A DNA stretch of 58,090 nucleotides, the filler included, from Jimgerdemannia flammicorona (taxonomy: Eukaryota): the NCBI GenBank assembly GCA_003990765.1. It is 3 parts of 3 records of this genome, joined end to end, with 100 filler letters (N's around TTAATTAATTAA, not from the genome) between each part and the next. Parts side by side here need not be neighbours in the genome. Positions count along the whole stretch, not along the records: positions 38,797 to 58,090 come from RBNJ01001977.1; 2 more parts are not named here. One strand, given 5' to 3'. The translations under genes were made by a program, and so were the position numbers. The notes below the pieces were generated by a model. The model was not told where the DNA came from and ran no database searches. It saw only the letters and a program-made list of their open reading frames with translations. Of the stretch, positions 46,701 to 58,090 are shown one piece after another. How positions within the stretch are numbered: the first letter of the stretch is position 1; each line of letters opens with the position of its first letter.

Positions 46701-49700
46701 TAGTGTTGTCTAATTCAAACTGTTTCCAAGTCTGATTGATGATGGTGATTGTCCAGGGTTTGAGGTGGTTGGGCATCTTCCTCAGCCTTTCTTTTTGCTT
46801 CAGCAGCTTCTTGCTCATGTTTCTGTTGGTGGATTTTCCTGACTTCACTGATACAGGACCAGCAGTCATTCAGGTGTTCAGAGCAGTACATTCTAGTACT
46901 ATGAGGGCATCTTCCTTGAGGGGCATAGCCATTGATGATCTTGTTATACCACTGCTCATCTGTGAGCTTGAGTGTCTTGTTCTTATTTACTGAGTGCATG
47001 AAGACCTCTGTATTCTCTTCATCTCCTTTCTCTATATCTGATAGAACTCCCTTGTAGACATTGATAGAGACTTGTACCTTTCTTCCTCTGTAGTTGATCT
47101 GTATCTTCTGGGCATTGAGGTCAATGATGGCCTTGGTCTTGTGAAGCCATTGGTTGCCAATGAGGATGTCATAGTTGGTGGCGCTTGTAACAATCACATC
47201 TACTGGGATGGTAGCTCCTCCTATCTTGATGGGGACTTCTTGGATTTTACCAAGGGGGGTAGCTTGTGTACTATCTGCTATGATATAGACCATCTTGGTG
47301 GACTCTTCAATATCCCAGCCCAGGTGGTCAATTGTCTTCTTGCTCATAAGGCATCCTCCAGTACCAGTATCAATGATGGCATCAAAGATATAGTCTTCGA
47401 TTTGATATGGGGTATAAGCTGATATCTTGCACTAGTCTTTGGATTCTTCATCTGAGTTCTTGGATTCTTCCTGTATATTATGAGCTTCTACAATCTTGTA
47501 CTCTTGATTCTTAGCAGTAGTTGCAAATCCTACTCTCAACTGTTGTCTGAAGGCAGAGACTTTGGCTAGTTGTCCAAAAGTAGCATTGACCTTTTGTTCC
47601 TTGAGGTCTTTATAGATGTCATACTGGTGGATATTAGTCTTGCGCAGCTTCTGTTCCTTCTTACTTTCACTTTCTCCTGAGACTGTAGTAGTGCCTTCAA
47701 TAATTTGGTAAGCAGCTTCATCTAACTCCATGTCTTGATCAATCTCCTCAGGTTGGGTCTTGCTTTAAATGGTGATAGCTGGGGTCTTCTTTGGTCTTCC
47801 AACTGGCTTGCTGTTGCTCTTCTTGTCATAGGGCTTAGACTGGGTTCTGGTACCTTCAATAGTAGGATAGAATTCAAGCTTCTCATAGTATTCTTCATCA
47901 TCAGTGTCACCAATCTCCTTGATGACTACTGCATTAGTTTGTTCTCTAGTTCTGCTAGCATTGCTTGGTTGAGCTTTGCATCTCATTTCAGTCATGCAAT
48001 TCTTTGCATAGTGGCCTTCTTCTCCACATCTGAAGCATATGATATTGTGTTCTTCTATAGCAGCTGCAAATCTCTGCACTGGTCTCCTGTTGGCACTTCA
48101 GACTTCTCTAACAATATCACCAAGGTGTGCAGTCATCTTAGCGAACTGCTTGGCAAGTTTCTCCACTAGGTCAGCTTTGGTTGCCTTGGGGGTAGGTGGG
48201 GTTGGTTGTCTGTTTACAACTATAGTGAGTATGATACTAGTTGGCTTTGATGGCTCCATCTTGATGCCAGTTATTTTCTCCATTGAGTGTTCAGCAGGGT
48301 GTCTGGCAGTCCAATATCTCTGTACAAAGACCACTTTCTGATCAAGGGTCAGTGCAGCTGAGGTAGACCAGATTGCTAGGGCAATTTCAGAGTGAATTCC
48401 TTTGAGGAAAGTTGAATCTGCTATTTGTTCCTTGAGGCAGTCATCATAGCCAGCCAAGATAATCTAGTGGTAGATTCAGGTATAGAATGAGTTGGAATCT
48501 TCACTAAGTCCCTGGCAGATAGTATTGAGTTGATCCTTGAGAGCTTGCTTGATCTCTTCAGTATAGTATATTGTTCTGAGGAAGACCTTCATATTGGTAA
48601 GTTTGGCTGTACTAGCATCAGCAATGGTGGCTGCATTGAACTTGTCTCTAGCAGGTCCTCTGAGGCTGACTGGTAGAAGAGCCAATTGAGCATCCACACC
48701 AAGGGCTTGTATGGCAGCAAATTGTTCAAAGTCTTCAATAAAGGTCAGAATTGACTCTTTAGTAGTATATCCATAGAATGTGGGGGAATGTATTTCTATC
48801 TTGTCTTGAATTCTTGCAGGGGTGACTCTTGTAGTCAGGGTAGTTGTTGTGGGAGTTATTCATTTTTCAGCTTGAAAGTGAGGGATTCATCTTGAATTAC
48901 CAGCCAATGGGCACTAAGTTGTCATATAGTAGTCGCTGAGTCCTTTAAATATGCCAGATTCTCTTCAAGGTGTATCTCTTAGACTAACTCAAGTTTGTTA
49001 TAAGCAAGTTCTTATTGGAGTGCCTTCCCAAGATCTTATAGTCCTCAAACTTCTTACCTTTAACTGTCTTGTTATCTCTTAGATTGCTTGCAAGGAAGTA
49101 TGTGTAAGTGAACTTGACTGACTTTATTTTAGAGGAAATAAGAGGGATATTTATACAAAATATAATTCAATGGTTGCTAAGATATAAAGCTAAATATAAA
49201 TTCTAATAACTAAAACTACTGAGTTCCAGGGTCAGCACTGATGGTTGTACAGGTTCAGGATGCTGGTATAATTCAGTGTTACATCAGAATACTGGTGCTG
49301 GAACAATTTTGCATCACCTCAGAATGCCAGTGCTGGTATTATCCAGTGAAACATGAGAATACTGGTGCTAGCATTATCCAGTGTAACAAAGAACTTAGAG
49401 CAGAAAGTTCAGGATCATGGGGGCTTCATCCTCATCAACACTGAAGGAGATGAGATCTACAAACTTGTCATATAGGTCATGTATTTCACATATGTTGCAC
49501 AAGATGACATCATCACCAATGATGTCATCACATTTGGCAGGGAAATCGGGAACAAGATCTGGAGCTCTCCAGTCTATGAGGTTCTCTTCCACAAAGTAAG
49601 GAATAAATGTGGGGTCTTGGGGAGGTCTAACCTGGATGCTTGGACCTTGGAATACTGAGATCAATTCTTGCAGGAATTGGTCTAGGTTGTCCTAAAGGAT

Positions 49701-50443
49701 AGGATGCCAGAAGTCTTCTACTTCTTCGCTGTTGAGGGTGATAGTGGACTGGGCTTCTGTAGCCACTCTGGCTTCTAGTGCATTGATACAGTAAGATGAC
49801 AGGTCTCTGAAGTCTGAGACTCTAACATACTCCAAGTTGGGGATCGACTATAGTGCATGCCTGAAGATCTGATAGATCTTCTTAGCTGTTCTTATTTCAC
49901 ATATATCCATAGAAATGGCATCTTGTAGCTCTTGAGTGCTGGCCTGTGGGAACTTTCAGCAGAGGAGGTTTCCTATTTTGTACTCCTGCCACATTTGGAG
50001 GCATTTGGTAGCAATGGTGATTCTTGTTTCCATTTCACAGTAGTAGAGAATAAAGTGATAGGGATCTGTAGTACCCAGGTTAATACTTGGAGTCCTTTTT
50101 GAGTGGGTCCTCATGGCTCTTCTGATGTCTTAGAACATCCTTTCCTCAACTGAGATATCTTGGTGATTCCTTGACCTTGAGGTTTGGTGGGCAGCAGGCA
50201 TTTTATTTGTGGTAAGTCTTTGAGCTATTTTGGGATTGGTGGTTCTTATTGGTTGCTGCTACTGCAATTCCTTAATCCTTCTTTTATATTCTTCAGGATG
50301 CTTATACTGTGGTCACAATGACTTACAGTTGGTCATCATTACTCATCTCATATGCCATATAATCTTCTTGTGCTCTGATCTAGTAGCTTGCAAGGAAAGG
50401 CTGTCTCCTGTACTGATGTCATCATTCTGGGGTCACTATTACA
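43740..50443 (-). mobile_element. Full-length family A Ty3/gypsy-like element (6.7 kb): LTRs 48920-50443 and 43740-45267; gag, protease and integrase; no RT or RNase H
   Basis: Paired LTRs, 4-bp TSD ATAG, PBS-like ACTTAGTGCCC, PPT, zinc knuckle CFRCGEEGHYAKNC, protease AIIDTG..YDILIGNQWL, and integrase MDIIGLLP..VDLFTKWIEA..YHSQGNEQTER. Confidence 0.9.
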
Positions 50444-50572
50444 ATAGATAAGGTAATGTGGAAGAAGACTTAAGAAAGAAAGAGATAGAGAGATCTGCTG
50501 ACTGGTTTGATAGAGAGAATAAAGAGTAGGATAAAGGAATGAATAGGTAAAGTAAAGGAGAGTAACTGAGCT

Positions 50573-53500
50573 CACCTTTCTCTAGTATCACTCAGATCAT
50601 ACAAACTTCTGACAACACTTTTGGTACAACTTTTAGAGAAAAGATAATAGTAATATAGAGACCAATGATTATTCTAAGATATATACTAGGCAGTATGGCC
50701 TAAGTATATTTGACTGGCAGTATATTGGGCAGAGTCATAGCTTAGGAGAGAGTCTGTTGGACTCTCTTTTAGATAGACATTGAGAGGGAAGCAGTAGTGC
50801 TGACAGATAAGAGATAGAGAAGGTGAGCTTTGCTGACAAGGTCAAGGTTGGGCATCTATTGACAAGTCTGAAGAGTTGGCTACAGATATACAAGAAGAAG
50901 GGGGCAGCTAGACTTGAGAGGATAGCCCCAAATAGTAGTAGTGGTAGAACTAAAGAAGTAGTAGCTAGGGGAGAGAGGAGGACTGCTAATAGAGAAGAAA
51001 CTGCTAATCTGAAGAAAAATCCAAATATGATAGCTGATGGTGGAACTGAGCAGGAGGGGAGTATAAGGCCCAGAGACCTGGCTGATAGTATAATGGATCT
51101 GGTGGCAATACTATTACTCAAGAAATCAGTATCTGAATTCACTATCATATTGTGCTTCTGGGGCTTAGCAGTTATGACAAACATAGTTCTGGAGCTTCTG
51201 GCCTAAGAGATGAAAGGAATAGCCTTGGTGAAGTTCTTAAAGAGACAGGAAGAGATAGAGGTGGGTTTTGAGGAGGAAGATTTGATACTAGGAGTATTAG
51301 AGAAAGGAGTAGTAGTAGAGAGAGTGATGATCTCTATAGCTTAGTACTTATACTGAAACCCTCAGATAGTGTAGCTGGTAGTAATAAATGTATCCATAGT
51401 GAAGAAGAAGGTAGTCAGAAGACTGATTGTTAACATTATCAAAGAGTATAAAGATATGATAGATATTGGATTCTAGGTCTAAGAGGGTATAGACAAGGAG
51501 AATATAGGAAAAGAAAGAGATTGACTGGTAGTTCTTAAGTGGGAATCAGTAGAGTATAAGGTCTCAAGAGTGAAAGAGATGCTAGAGGAGGAGGAGGACT
51601 TACTGGAGGCTTTAGAGAATCTGGCTAGAGTTGTTGAGAAGAGAAGATTAGTCTGAAAGGAGTTTGAGACTAAGACAATAGTAGAGATTGTAAATGATAA
51701 GAGAGTGTAACTGGATTGAACTATCTGAGAGTATAAGAAGGTAGTGTCAGAAAGATTTGTTGACAAATTTGAGAGAGAGGATAGAGGGGGGGAGTATAAC
51801 TGAAGGAGATAGATCACAGGCTAGTACCTAGACAAGAGAGAAGAGAGTGGTGTCAAAAGTAACTCTGGGGGAGAATGGAGACTCAGAGAAGAGCATGGTG
51901 GCTGAGGATGAGGTGATGGTAGAGGAGACCTAAGTTCAGTATAGAGTACCTATAGAGAAAGAGAGAACTAATGAGTTGCAGGATATACTAGAGAAGAATT
52001 GAAATAAGTCAGTAAGGACAAATACTGATAGCATCAGGAGGTTTAGAGGCAGAAGGTGGTCCAAGGAGTAGATAAGGCTATAGAAGATGAGAGATAGTTG
52101 TAAAAAGTACTGATGAATGTTGCAGCTGATGAGTTAGAAGAGGTGAATTTTTATATAATTAGTGAGAAATACTGGGGTGATATTCTGCAAGGAGAGGAGG
52201 TAGTACAGAAACTCCAGAATGAGTTAATAACAGCTCTACTAGAGACAGAGGAGTATGAGATGGATGACAATAAGGAGATAGTACTCCTGGTGATTATAAA
52301 TAACTATGTATCCTATCTGTAGAGCTCTAGAAAGGGGTTAGCAAAGTAGTAGATAGTATGTAAGAAATATTGGTCTCCTATAGAAGTATAGGATGTTGAG
52401 GACTATTAGGAGATTTTGGAAGTACTGAATACTCAGCAGGGGAAGGCAGATGAGTTTGAGGCAGAAAGGAACCTAGATATTGCTGATAATATAGTGAGCA
52501 TGAAATTGTAGAGTGGGTGATTATTCTCCAAAATCATTATTCAATATAAACAGTATAACTAGAATCTTCTCTTTGAATATCAATAGACTATAGGGCATAG
52601 TGAGGTGTTAAAATATTTTCTGCTAGTTGAAGAGACTGGATACTGATCTGTTCTTGCTGTAGAATATTAGATGTAATGAGAACTTAGATATACTAAACTA
52701 GATGAGGGAATGAGGAGGTATGGCTGTTTAGCAGAGTTGAGTGGATATTCTGATTCAGAAGAGCAAGAGAGATATTAGAGACATTAGACATTAGAAGGGC
52801 AGAGTGGTGTAGGGAGTATAGAGGAGACCAGACTATAGTCTCTTGACTATTGAGTTCTATTATTACTCAGCAGAAAGGGGGGAGTATGTGGAGTAGATAA
52901 GGGGACTATAAGATGTAAATACTATAGTAGAGATAGAGATTGACTATTTGAATAGAGACTTTAACATGATATATAATGGGCAGTTGGACAGGACTGATGG
53001 AGAGAGAGATGGCTAGTAGAGTGAAAAAATGAAAGACTAGGAAGAGATCAAAAGACTGAGCTCTCTAGTAGATACAGGATATCTTGGATAGAGAGATCAC
53101 AGGGTCTATACTTACTGGGTAATAGAGTTGGGCTTAAGGATCAACTGGATCTTGACTGCTGAGTGCTGAGGGGAGGATGTCTGAGTATCTTTGGAAATAG
53201 TTTGGTACCTATAATCAGATAATTGGAGTCTGCTGGGTTGTAAGAGGTTCAGGAAAAATAAAGAGAGGCCTAGATATTAATATCTGAATATCTCATTACT
53301 AGAAGAGCTCTCCTTATGAGATATATATATGAGTAGTAGATATTAGCTCCAGAATTCTTAGCTAGAGGGTGAAGGAGCTAGAGATTGGGAATTGATGGTA
53401 GTATTTGAAATCTAATACTCAATAGTTCTGAGGAAAGGCAGGGAGGAAGAGGGGTGCTCAGAGGAAGAATCATTTAAGGTAGACTTCTCAGAGGTTGGAA

Positions 53501-56500
53501 AAGTTATTGATGGTATAGATGGATTTGCTAAATAATAGAAAAGAGGGGGACTAGAGAGTTCAGTGGGTCTGGCTTAAGATAGAGAAGCTGAAGGGGATGC
53601 TGAGATAGGAGGAAGACTTACAGATAAAGAGTATAGTAGCTCAGCTACAGTAGTAGGATGTGGAAGAGAGAGAGAGACCTATAAAGTTCTTGTCAAGGCT
53701 TTTTTGAACAAGGAGGGTGAGGCAATAGTGAGAAAAGGTATTAGATAGAGCAGGGGAGATAGTGGTTAGAACTCTGAGGATCCTGGACCAGTTGAGTTCA
53801 TGGTGAGAGCAATTGTGGAGTAAGAAGAAAGGTGGGGAGGATGTAATAGATATTGAGTGATATCTGGAGAATTAGTACTCAGATCTAGCAGAGGGCTTAG
53901 GGGAACTTAGAGTATCTATCTAAGGAGAGGAGATCTGTAAAGTATTGATAATAATGAGTCTTAGACAGCTCCTTTCTCTATTATCTTACTGATCATAAGA
54001 TTTGGTAGGCAACCTTCCAAGTTTCCTTTTCTCTATTATTACTCCCTCTATCTTGGGTTGGTTTGCTATGCCTGTATGAACATGGCAGGAGGAGGGCAAT
54101 GGTGATGAGTTGCCTCTTTATTGGTGTCAGATTGGTGTCTTCTCTACTTTTTCACAGATTCTGATGCCTTTAGCTATATCTGGGATATATCTGTTTTGGT
54201 ATAGCACCTTCTTCCTTTTACTATTACCAACAAGGTATTGTCTTGGTGCATCACAGGTTATGTAGAGAGTTGACTGATCTTGGGTGTCAAGTGCTCAGTA
54301 TAGGTTACCTACAGGTCCTTGGTACCTATAGTGGGGCCCTCTGGCTTTGGCAAGCTTCCTGGTGAGCATGGTTCTAGCATAGGTGACTGTTTTTCAGATG
54401 TTGTTGGAATGGGAGGAGAGATAGCCATCACAGATAGGAGGAAGGGTGATTATAGTAAACTAGTAGGATACCAGGCTGGGAGCAGTCATTAGGGCTGGGG
54501 CAGGTACTACTTTGGTGGGGTCTTTTGATTGGTATGGAGTAATTAGGTAATAGGTATCACTCTTAGCTTCTTTTGGTAATTTAGTGGGTTGGGGCCCTGA
54601 TCATTAGGAGGGGTCAAGGAGCCTGAGGCTACCTATTTCAGATATCTTGGCTATACTTAACTGAAACCAGGAGCTGATATAGCAATGTGATTGAGGCCAA
54701 TAGGCTTGAGTAGTGGGATATTGAGGGTCTCCTCTTACCTTATATATAAATTCTCTACTCACCTCATCTGGGAGAACTAGGCCCTATCTACCATAATGTA
54801 CTTTGATGAGGGTTTTTTCTTTATCTATCATTCTCTTTGAGGTGACAGGGGCTATTCTATTTGGCTCAGATATGGCCTTGTATATATGTTGGGGTCTCGG
54901 GTATGTGCTTTTGGTTATTGGCATATAGTTGAGTTCCCTCTGATAGTAGAGAGAGTATGATGTGCAGAATGAGATACAGACCAACATAGGCCCTGTTGCA
55001 TCTGGCATAGTTGAGCTGCTGGACAATAGCTAGTCTAGGTTAATAGGGAGACAGTGCTTGATGGGTGGTGGGGGAGAGTTTTGGCCTATATAGTTTAGGT
55101 TTCCTTTCAATAAAAATCTGTGGGACTCTAAGTCTATTAAACTAAATAATGAGTCTTAGAATAGCTTCTAGAGATGATGATCTACCTTGGGATTTCTGAA
55201 AGAGGATAGCAGATATTGAGTTGGCTTTAGAGGAGATAATGTGGATATATGATGAAGTTATTAGCTCAGAAGCTTAGATTAGAGAGCAATGTCTGGATCT
55301 TATAGCTCTGTTGTATAAGAATAAGGAGAGAAGGAAGAAGTAGAAGAACTGAAGGCTGATCATGCTTCTGAATATAGATCACAAGCTAGTTATAAAGATA
55401 TTGATAGCTAGGTTATAAGGAATGGCTCAGCAGGTACTAGAAGCAGAGCAGAGAGGCTTCATTAGAGGTTATTTGATAAGAGGTAGGACAGTATAAATAT
55501 ATAGTATTATATATTAAAGAAGTGTATACTACAGAGGTAGATGGTCAGCTAGTATTTTTGGACTAAGAGAAGATATATAACAGAGTCTAATAAGTATGGC
55601 TAGAGGAGGTGCTGAAGTATATGAGAATTCTCTCAAGAGTTAGGCAATCTTTAATCAGTCTGTTAGAGGGGAGTTGGGTAGCTATTTTAGTAAATAGGTA
55701 TAAAGAGATTTTGTTCCCTCTAGGCAGAGAAGTGCTGTAGAGAGATCTGCTATTACCAATCCTTTATAACCTCTCTCTGGAGCCTCTGTTGGATAGAATT
55801 AGGCACAAGGTAGAGGAGTTGAACATTCTGAGAGTAAATTGAAAGATGGGAGCTTTTGCTGATAATATGATAATTAGACTAGGCTTTGTAAAAGATGTAG
55901 TAATACTGAGAAGAGTAGTAGAATAATATAAGGGGTACTTAAATGCTAAGCTTAACTGGTATAAGTATGAGACTCTGATATTAGATAGAAAGATAGTAGA
56001 TAAAGATGTAATTGGAACAGTTGTCCTAATAAGAGAGATAGTTTATTATCTAGAGATCTACTTTTCAGTATATAGCTCTTTGTTATTTTGAGAATAGTAG
56101 GAGTAATAGCTAGTTGAGTAAGAGAATACTCTTATGGAGTAGGACAGTTGATATATTTCTCTGGCTGGAAGAGTGATGATATTGAATGTATGTATATTGG
56201 CTATCTAAGTTATAGTATCTGAGGTATTACTTAGACTTTCTGATATAAGTAGTCAAGAGGTTATTGAAGATAGCTAGAACTTGGATATAGATAGAGCAGA
56301 AGAGTTAGATTGGCTAAGAGGTATTGATATTGCCAATAGACTGAGGGGGAATTAAGTCTGGTGGACTTTATCAAGTACCTATACTGCTTAAGAGTATGGT
56401 GGCTGAAGTGAGCTTGTAAGTTTAGGGGCTGAGAATAGATATCCCTTATATAGAGAGTGTGGGAGGTATAGTTCTCTCTCTATAGCATATCTGGTAACTT

Positions 56501-57500
56501 ACTTTCTCTAGTATTACTGAAGAAGAGCTAGAAGATATACTTTAAGAGATCCTAGTAGAGAGTGATTGATAGAGCTCAACAAATTGGCCTCAGATAGTAG
56601 AGTAATAAGAGGAAGATTGATTAGAGACCTCAGATATAGAGGTAGAACTATCTTCTATTGGGGGGTATACTAGTAAATGACTTCAGTTTAGAGAATGATA
56701 TGAAGTATCTTCAGGAGCACAGGAGATATTTGTGGTCAGAGACTTGATAAGAGGTAAGAATTAGTAAAGAGTAAGACTGAAATGACATTTAATCATAGAG
56801 TAAGCAGATAGTACAGTAGATCTCCCCTAAGTTTTAAATAATATAGTAGAGGCTTTTATAGTATAATGTAATATTGAACTATTAGTCAGAATATTTAATA
56901 AAAGGGTAGGTCTTAGAGTATGAGAAGTATATTAATGTCAGACAGAAAAGAGAAGGGTAGTATAGGCTCCTGAGTATTAGCTGGGAGAGTATAAGATAAT
57001 AGGTGACTTTTGGAGAGTAATTGAGGGTCAGATGGAAGTATACTTATCTGGGCTGATGGTAGAGGAGAGGTGGGGTGATCTCTGGAGGAGACTGGTGAGA
57101 GAGATTGGTAATAAGTAATTAACTATTGAGTGAGCTTTGGCTATTTGAGTTAGACTTACCAGATATTATCTATATATATTTGAGGATGATCAATAGTTAA
57201 TACTTGGATTATGAGTTACAAGATAGGAATAGTTGATGCAATAGTTGGTAGCAGGAGTGGGGACCTGGAAGAGGATAAGGAGGCTTGTAGAGAAGATTTG
57301 CAGATATGTAGAGTGAAGAGAGGATTGAGATAGTAGGAGAGATAGTGACTTTCTAGAGAGATGGAGAGGAGAGAGAGAGGGGAGACTCTTTGTAGGATTG
57401 GGTGAGGAGTATATTTATATTAGTATAATATAGACTGGTTAGTAATAAAGTAGAAGTCTAAGTGACTATAAAAAAAACAAAAAACAAAAAAAAAAAAAAA
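50573..57500 (+). mobile_element. Full-length degraded L1/Tx1-like LINE (ORF1 ~50650-52510, ORF2 ~52545-57250) carrying retroposon C
   Basis: 13-bp TSD GAGTAACTGAGCT (50560-50572 / 57501-57513), poly(A) tail 57470-57500, and relic SFADKVK, RIFSLNIN, FLD*EK and FADN motifs. Confidence 0.9.
53966..55144 (+). mobile_element. Retroposon C, full-length copy (1179 bp)
   Basis: 16-bp TSD AATAATGAGTCTTAGA (53950-53965 / 55145-55160). Colinear with 20959-22125. Confidence 0.87.
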
Positions 57501-57516
57501 GAGTAACTGAGCTATA

Positions 57517-58090
57517 TGTAAGAGGGTTACTTTTTAGGGTGACCGTTACGTAGTTCTAGAAGGGTTTTCTGGATGTTCTGGATATTCTGGAAGACCGTTT
57601 TCTTATGGTCAAGATCAATTTCGTATGGAGTACGTCCTCTACGCTTATTGATTTCAAGATTGGGTTGACGTCTCAACCAAAGTCCTTTTCCGGACTAGTT
57701 CTGGATGTTCAGGATTTTCCGTATTTCAGGAAGTTCAAGAAACTAAGACCAGCTTAGTTGAATTGGCGTATCGCTGCAGACAATACCCAATTAGGAAATT
57801 TCGTGACAGGGTTAGGAGTAGGACCTAACAGAGAGCGGATTTACTTAAGAGTGGTTTGTGGGTTATGAAATAGGTTTATTCGCTATTCATGATATTGCTA
57901 TACTAGGGGTATTTGTGTGAAGGGGTATTGTGGGGAAGTGCTCAGGAGTTGTGTTCGGATTGTTCAAGTCTGAGATTCTGAGGTCTGGGGGAGGGGGTAT
58001 TTATACTAGTGAGGGGCTATCTGGACTATGCTAAATATGGATGTAGCACTAAGTGCTTTGCTGAGTCGGAATGCAGTCACGTAGTACAAG
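57517..58090 (-). mobile_element. Family B LTR, young CpG-rich copy, cut by the window end
   Basis: Starts TGTAAGAGGGTT and is colinear with 22271-22850. Confidence 0.9.

Overview
The window is three apparently unrelated contigs (1-19298, 19399-38696, 38797-58090; 19298/19298/19294 nt) joined by 100-nt N44-TTAATTAATTAA-N44 spacers. It comes from a repeat-rich, intron-rich eukaryote, most likely a fungus; an early-diverging Mucoromycota-type genome is my inference. About 90% is nested, C>T/G>A-eroded transposons: several Ty3/gypsy LTR families (two with chromodomains), L1/Tx1-like LINEs, one complete hAT DNA transposon, and a 1.17-kb non-autonomous retroposon present in all three contigs. A single CpG-rich gene island (~33.7-38.7 kb) holds a 4-exon DUF3626-like gene and, divergently, the 5' part of a TAO3/Mor2/Furry-type gene. 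The most striking observation is that two LTR families with dissimilar LTR sequences and different pol architecture both carry a long ORF entirely inside the LTR, and the two reconstructed proteins align by eye. This suggests a conserved LTR-encoded accessory protein.
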